A DNA stretch of 64,000 nt from Amoebidium appalachense (lineage: Eukaryota; Protista; Ichthyosporea). The notes beneath the pieces were generated by a model. It was not told the DNA's origin. It saw nothing but the letters and a program-made list of their open reading frames with translations, and did no database searches. The stretch spans positions 3,933,957 to 3,997,956 of the forward strand of contig CAVNZM010000016.1 in the NCBI GenBank assembly GCA_963693365.1, read 5' to 3'. Shown one piece after another: positions 63,263-64,000 of the stretch. Position numbers and translations under genes: made by a program. Position 1 is the first letter of the stretch, and each line of letters begins with the position of its first letter.

Positions 63263-63899
63263 ACACACACACGTGTGTGCCACGCTTACAAGAAGCGGAC
63301 AAAAAAAAAGAAAAAAAATCCCCAACCCCTTGTAAGTTGTTTCACACAACTTAGCATCGTGTTTTTTGTGTCGTGAATTCTTGAACTGTAGAGCTGGTTT
63401 AACACAGTGTTAACGCCCCCCCTCCCCCCTCCCCCTCCCCTCCCCCCTCCCCCCTTTCCCCTGCCTCCCCCCTCCGTCCCTTGTTCCCCCCCGTTTTTTT
63501 TTTTTTTTTTTTTTTTTTTTTCAGGTCACATGCTACGGTCAGGACGGGGTCGGGGACCAAAACGACGTCTGGGAGATTCTGCTGGACGGGTACGAGAAGA
63601 AGGAAGGCGTGGAACCGCCCAAAATCGAACTCTTGACATCAAAATTCCGATTAGTTCACAAGGAGGTTAAGTGCGCGCTAAGCAACCAAGGCGTAAACTT
63701 GCCTAAGTGGGGGTGGGAGCAAGGGGAGGTGACGTGTAACCCAGCCACGGATGAGAGTGGATCTCTGTGGAACATTGAGACGATTATGGACGATCGGTTG
63801 CCAAAATCGAGCGTGCAGGATCTGGCCCCTTCTTTCTGGTATAATCTGTTGGAGCTGCATGCTGCGATGGCGAACGTGAATAACAACCTGCTGCCAAAG
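59259..63899 (+). CDS. POMT2: Protein O-mannosyltransferase (POMT2/PMT2-like, GT39), first three exons; gene continues beyond the window
   Basis: Exons 59259-60377, 62294-62482, 63525-63899 (phase 0). Motifs: [49 protein letters not shown]; MIR domain [26 protein letters not shown]...[22 protein letters not shown]. Confidence 0.92.
61814..61946 (+). repeat. Interspersed intronic repeat, copy 3 (in POMT intron 1)
   Basis: Near-identical to 10054-10172 with a short internal insertion. A degenerate partial copy follows at ~61990-62045. Confidence 0.85.
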
Positions 63900-64000
63900 G
63901 TGTGTGTATGGGTGTGTGTTTGCTTGTTTGTTTTTTTCTTTTTTGGGGGGGGGGGGGGGGGGAGGGGGGGGGGGGAAAGGGGGGGAGGGGGGGGGGGGGG

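Overview
Eukaryotic genomic DNA. The protein sequences look opisthokont; a unicellular holozoan is a guess, not something the sequence shows. Introns and intergenic DNA are saturated with poly-G/poly-C, (GT)/(CA), (GA)/(CT) and related microsatellites, which account for almost all of the supplied ORFs. Reading splice sites by eye gives four intron-rich genes with consistent phases: ADE1/SAICAR synthetase (-, 8 exons), a DEDDy WRN/EXD2-like 3'-5' exonuclease with a mitochondrial-type leader (+, 13 exons), REV1 (-, 23 exons) and the 5' part of a POMT2/PMT protein O-mannosyltransferase (+). There are also three intronless secretory genes (a mucin-like type I membrane protein, an AA15-like LPMO and a small Trp/Cys-repeat protein), an intronic tRNA-Glu(CTC), a ~480-bp palindromic MITE-like element and several smaller repeats. 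Most notable: (1) an AT-AC minor-spliceosome intron needed to complete REV1; (2) polarised microsatellites at splice sites, with (GT)n after donors and (CA)n replacing the polypyrimidine tract before acceptors; (3) repeated local duplication of exon-intron junctions, creating decoy or alternative splice sites in three genes. All exon models were made by hand and have no transcript support.
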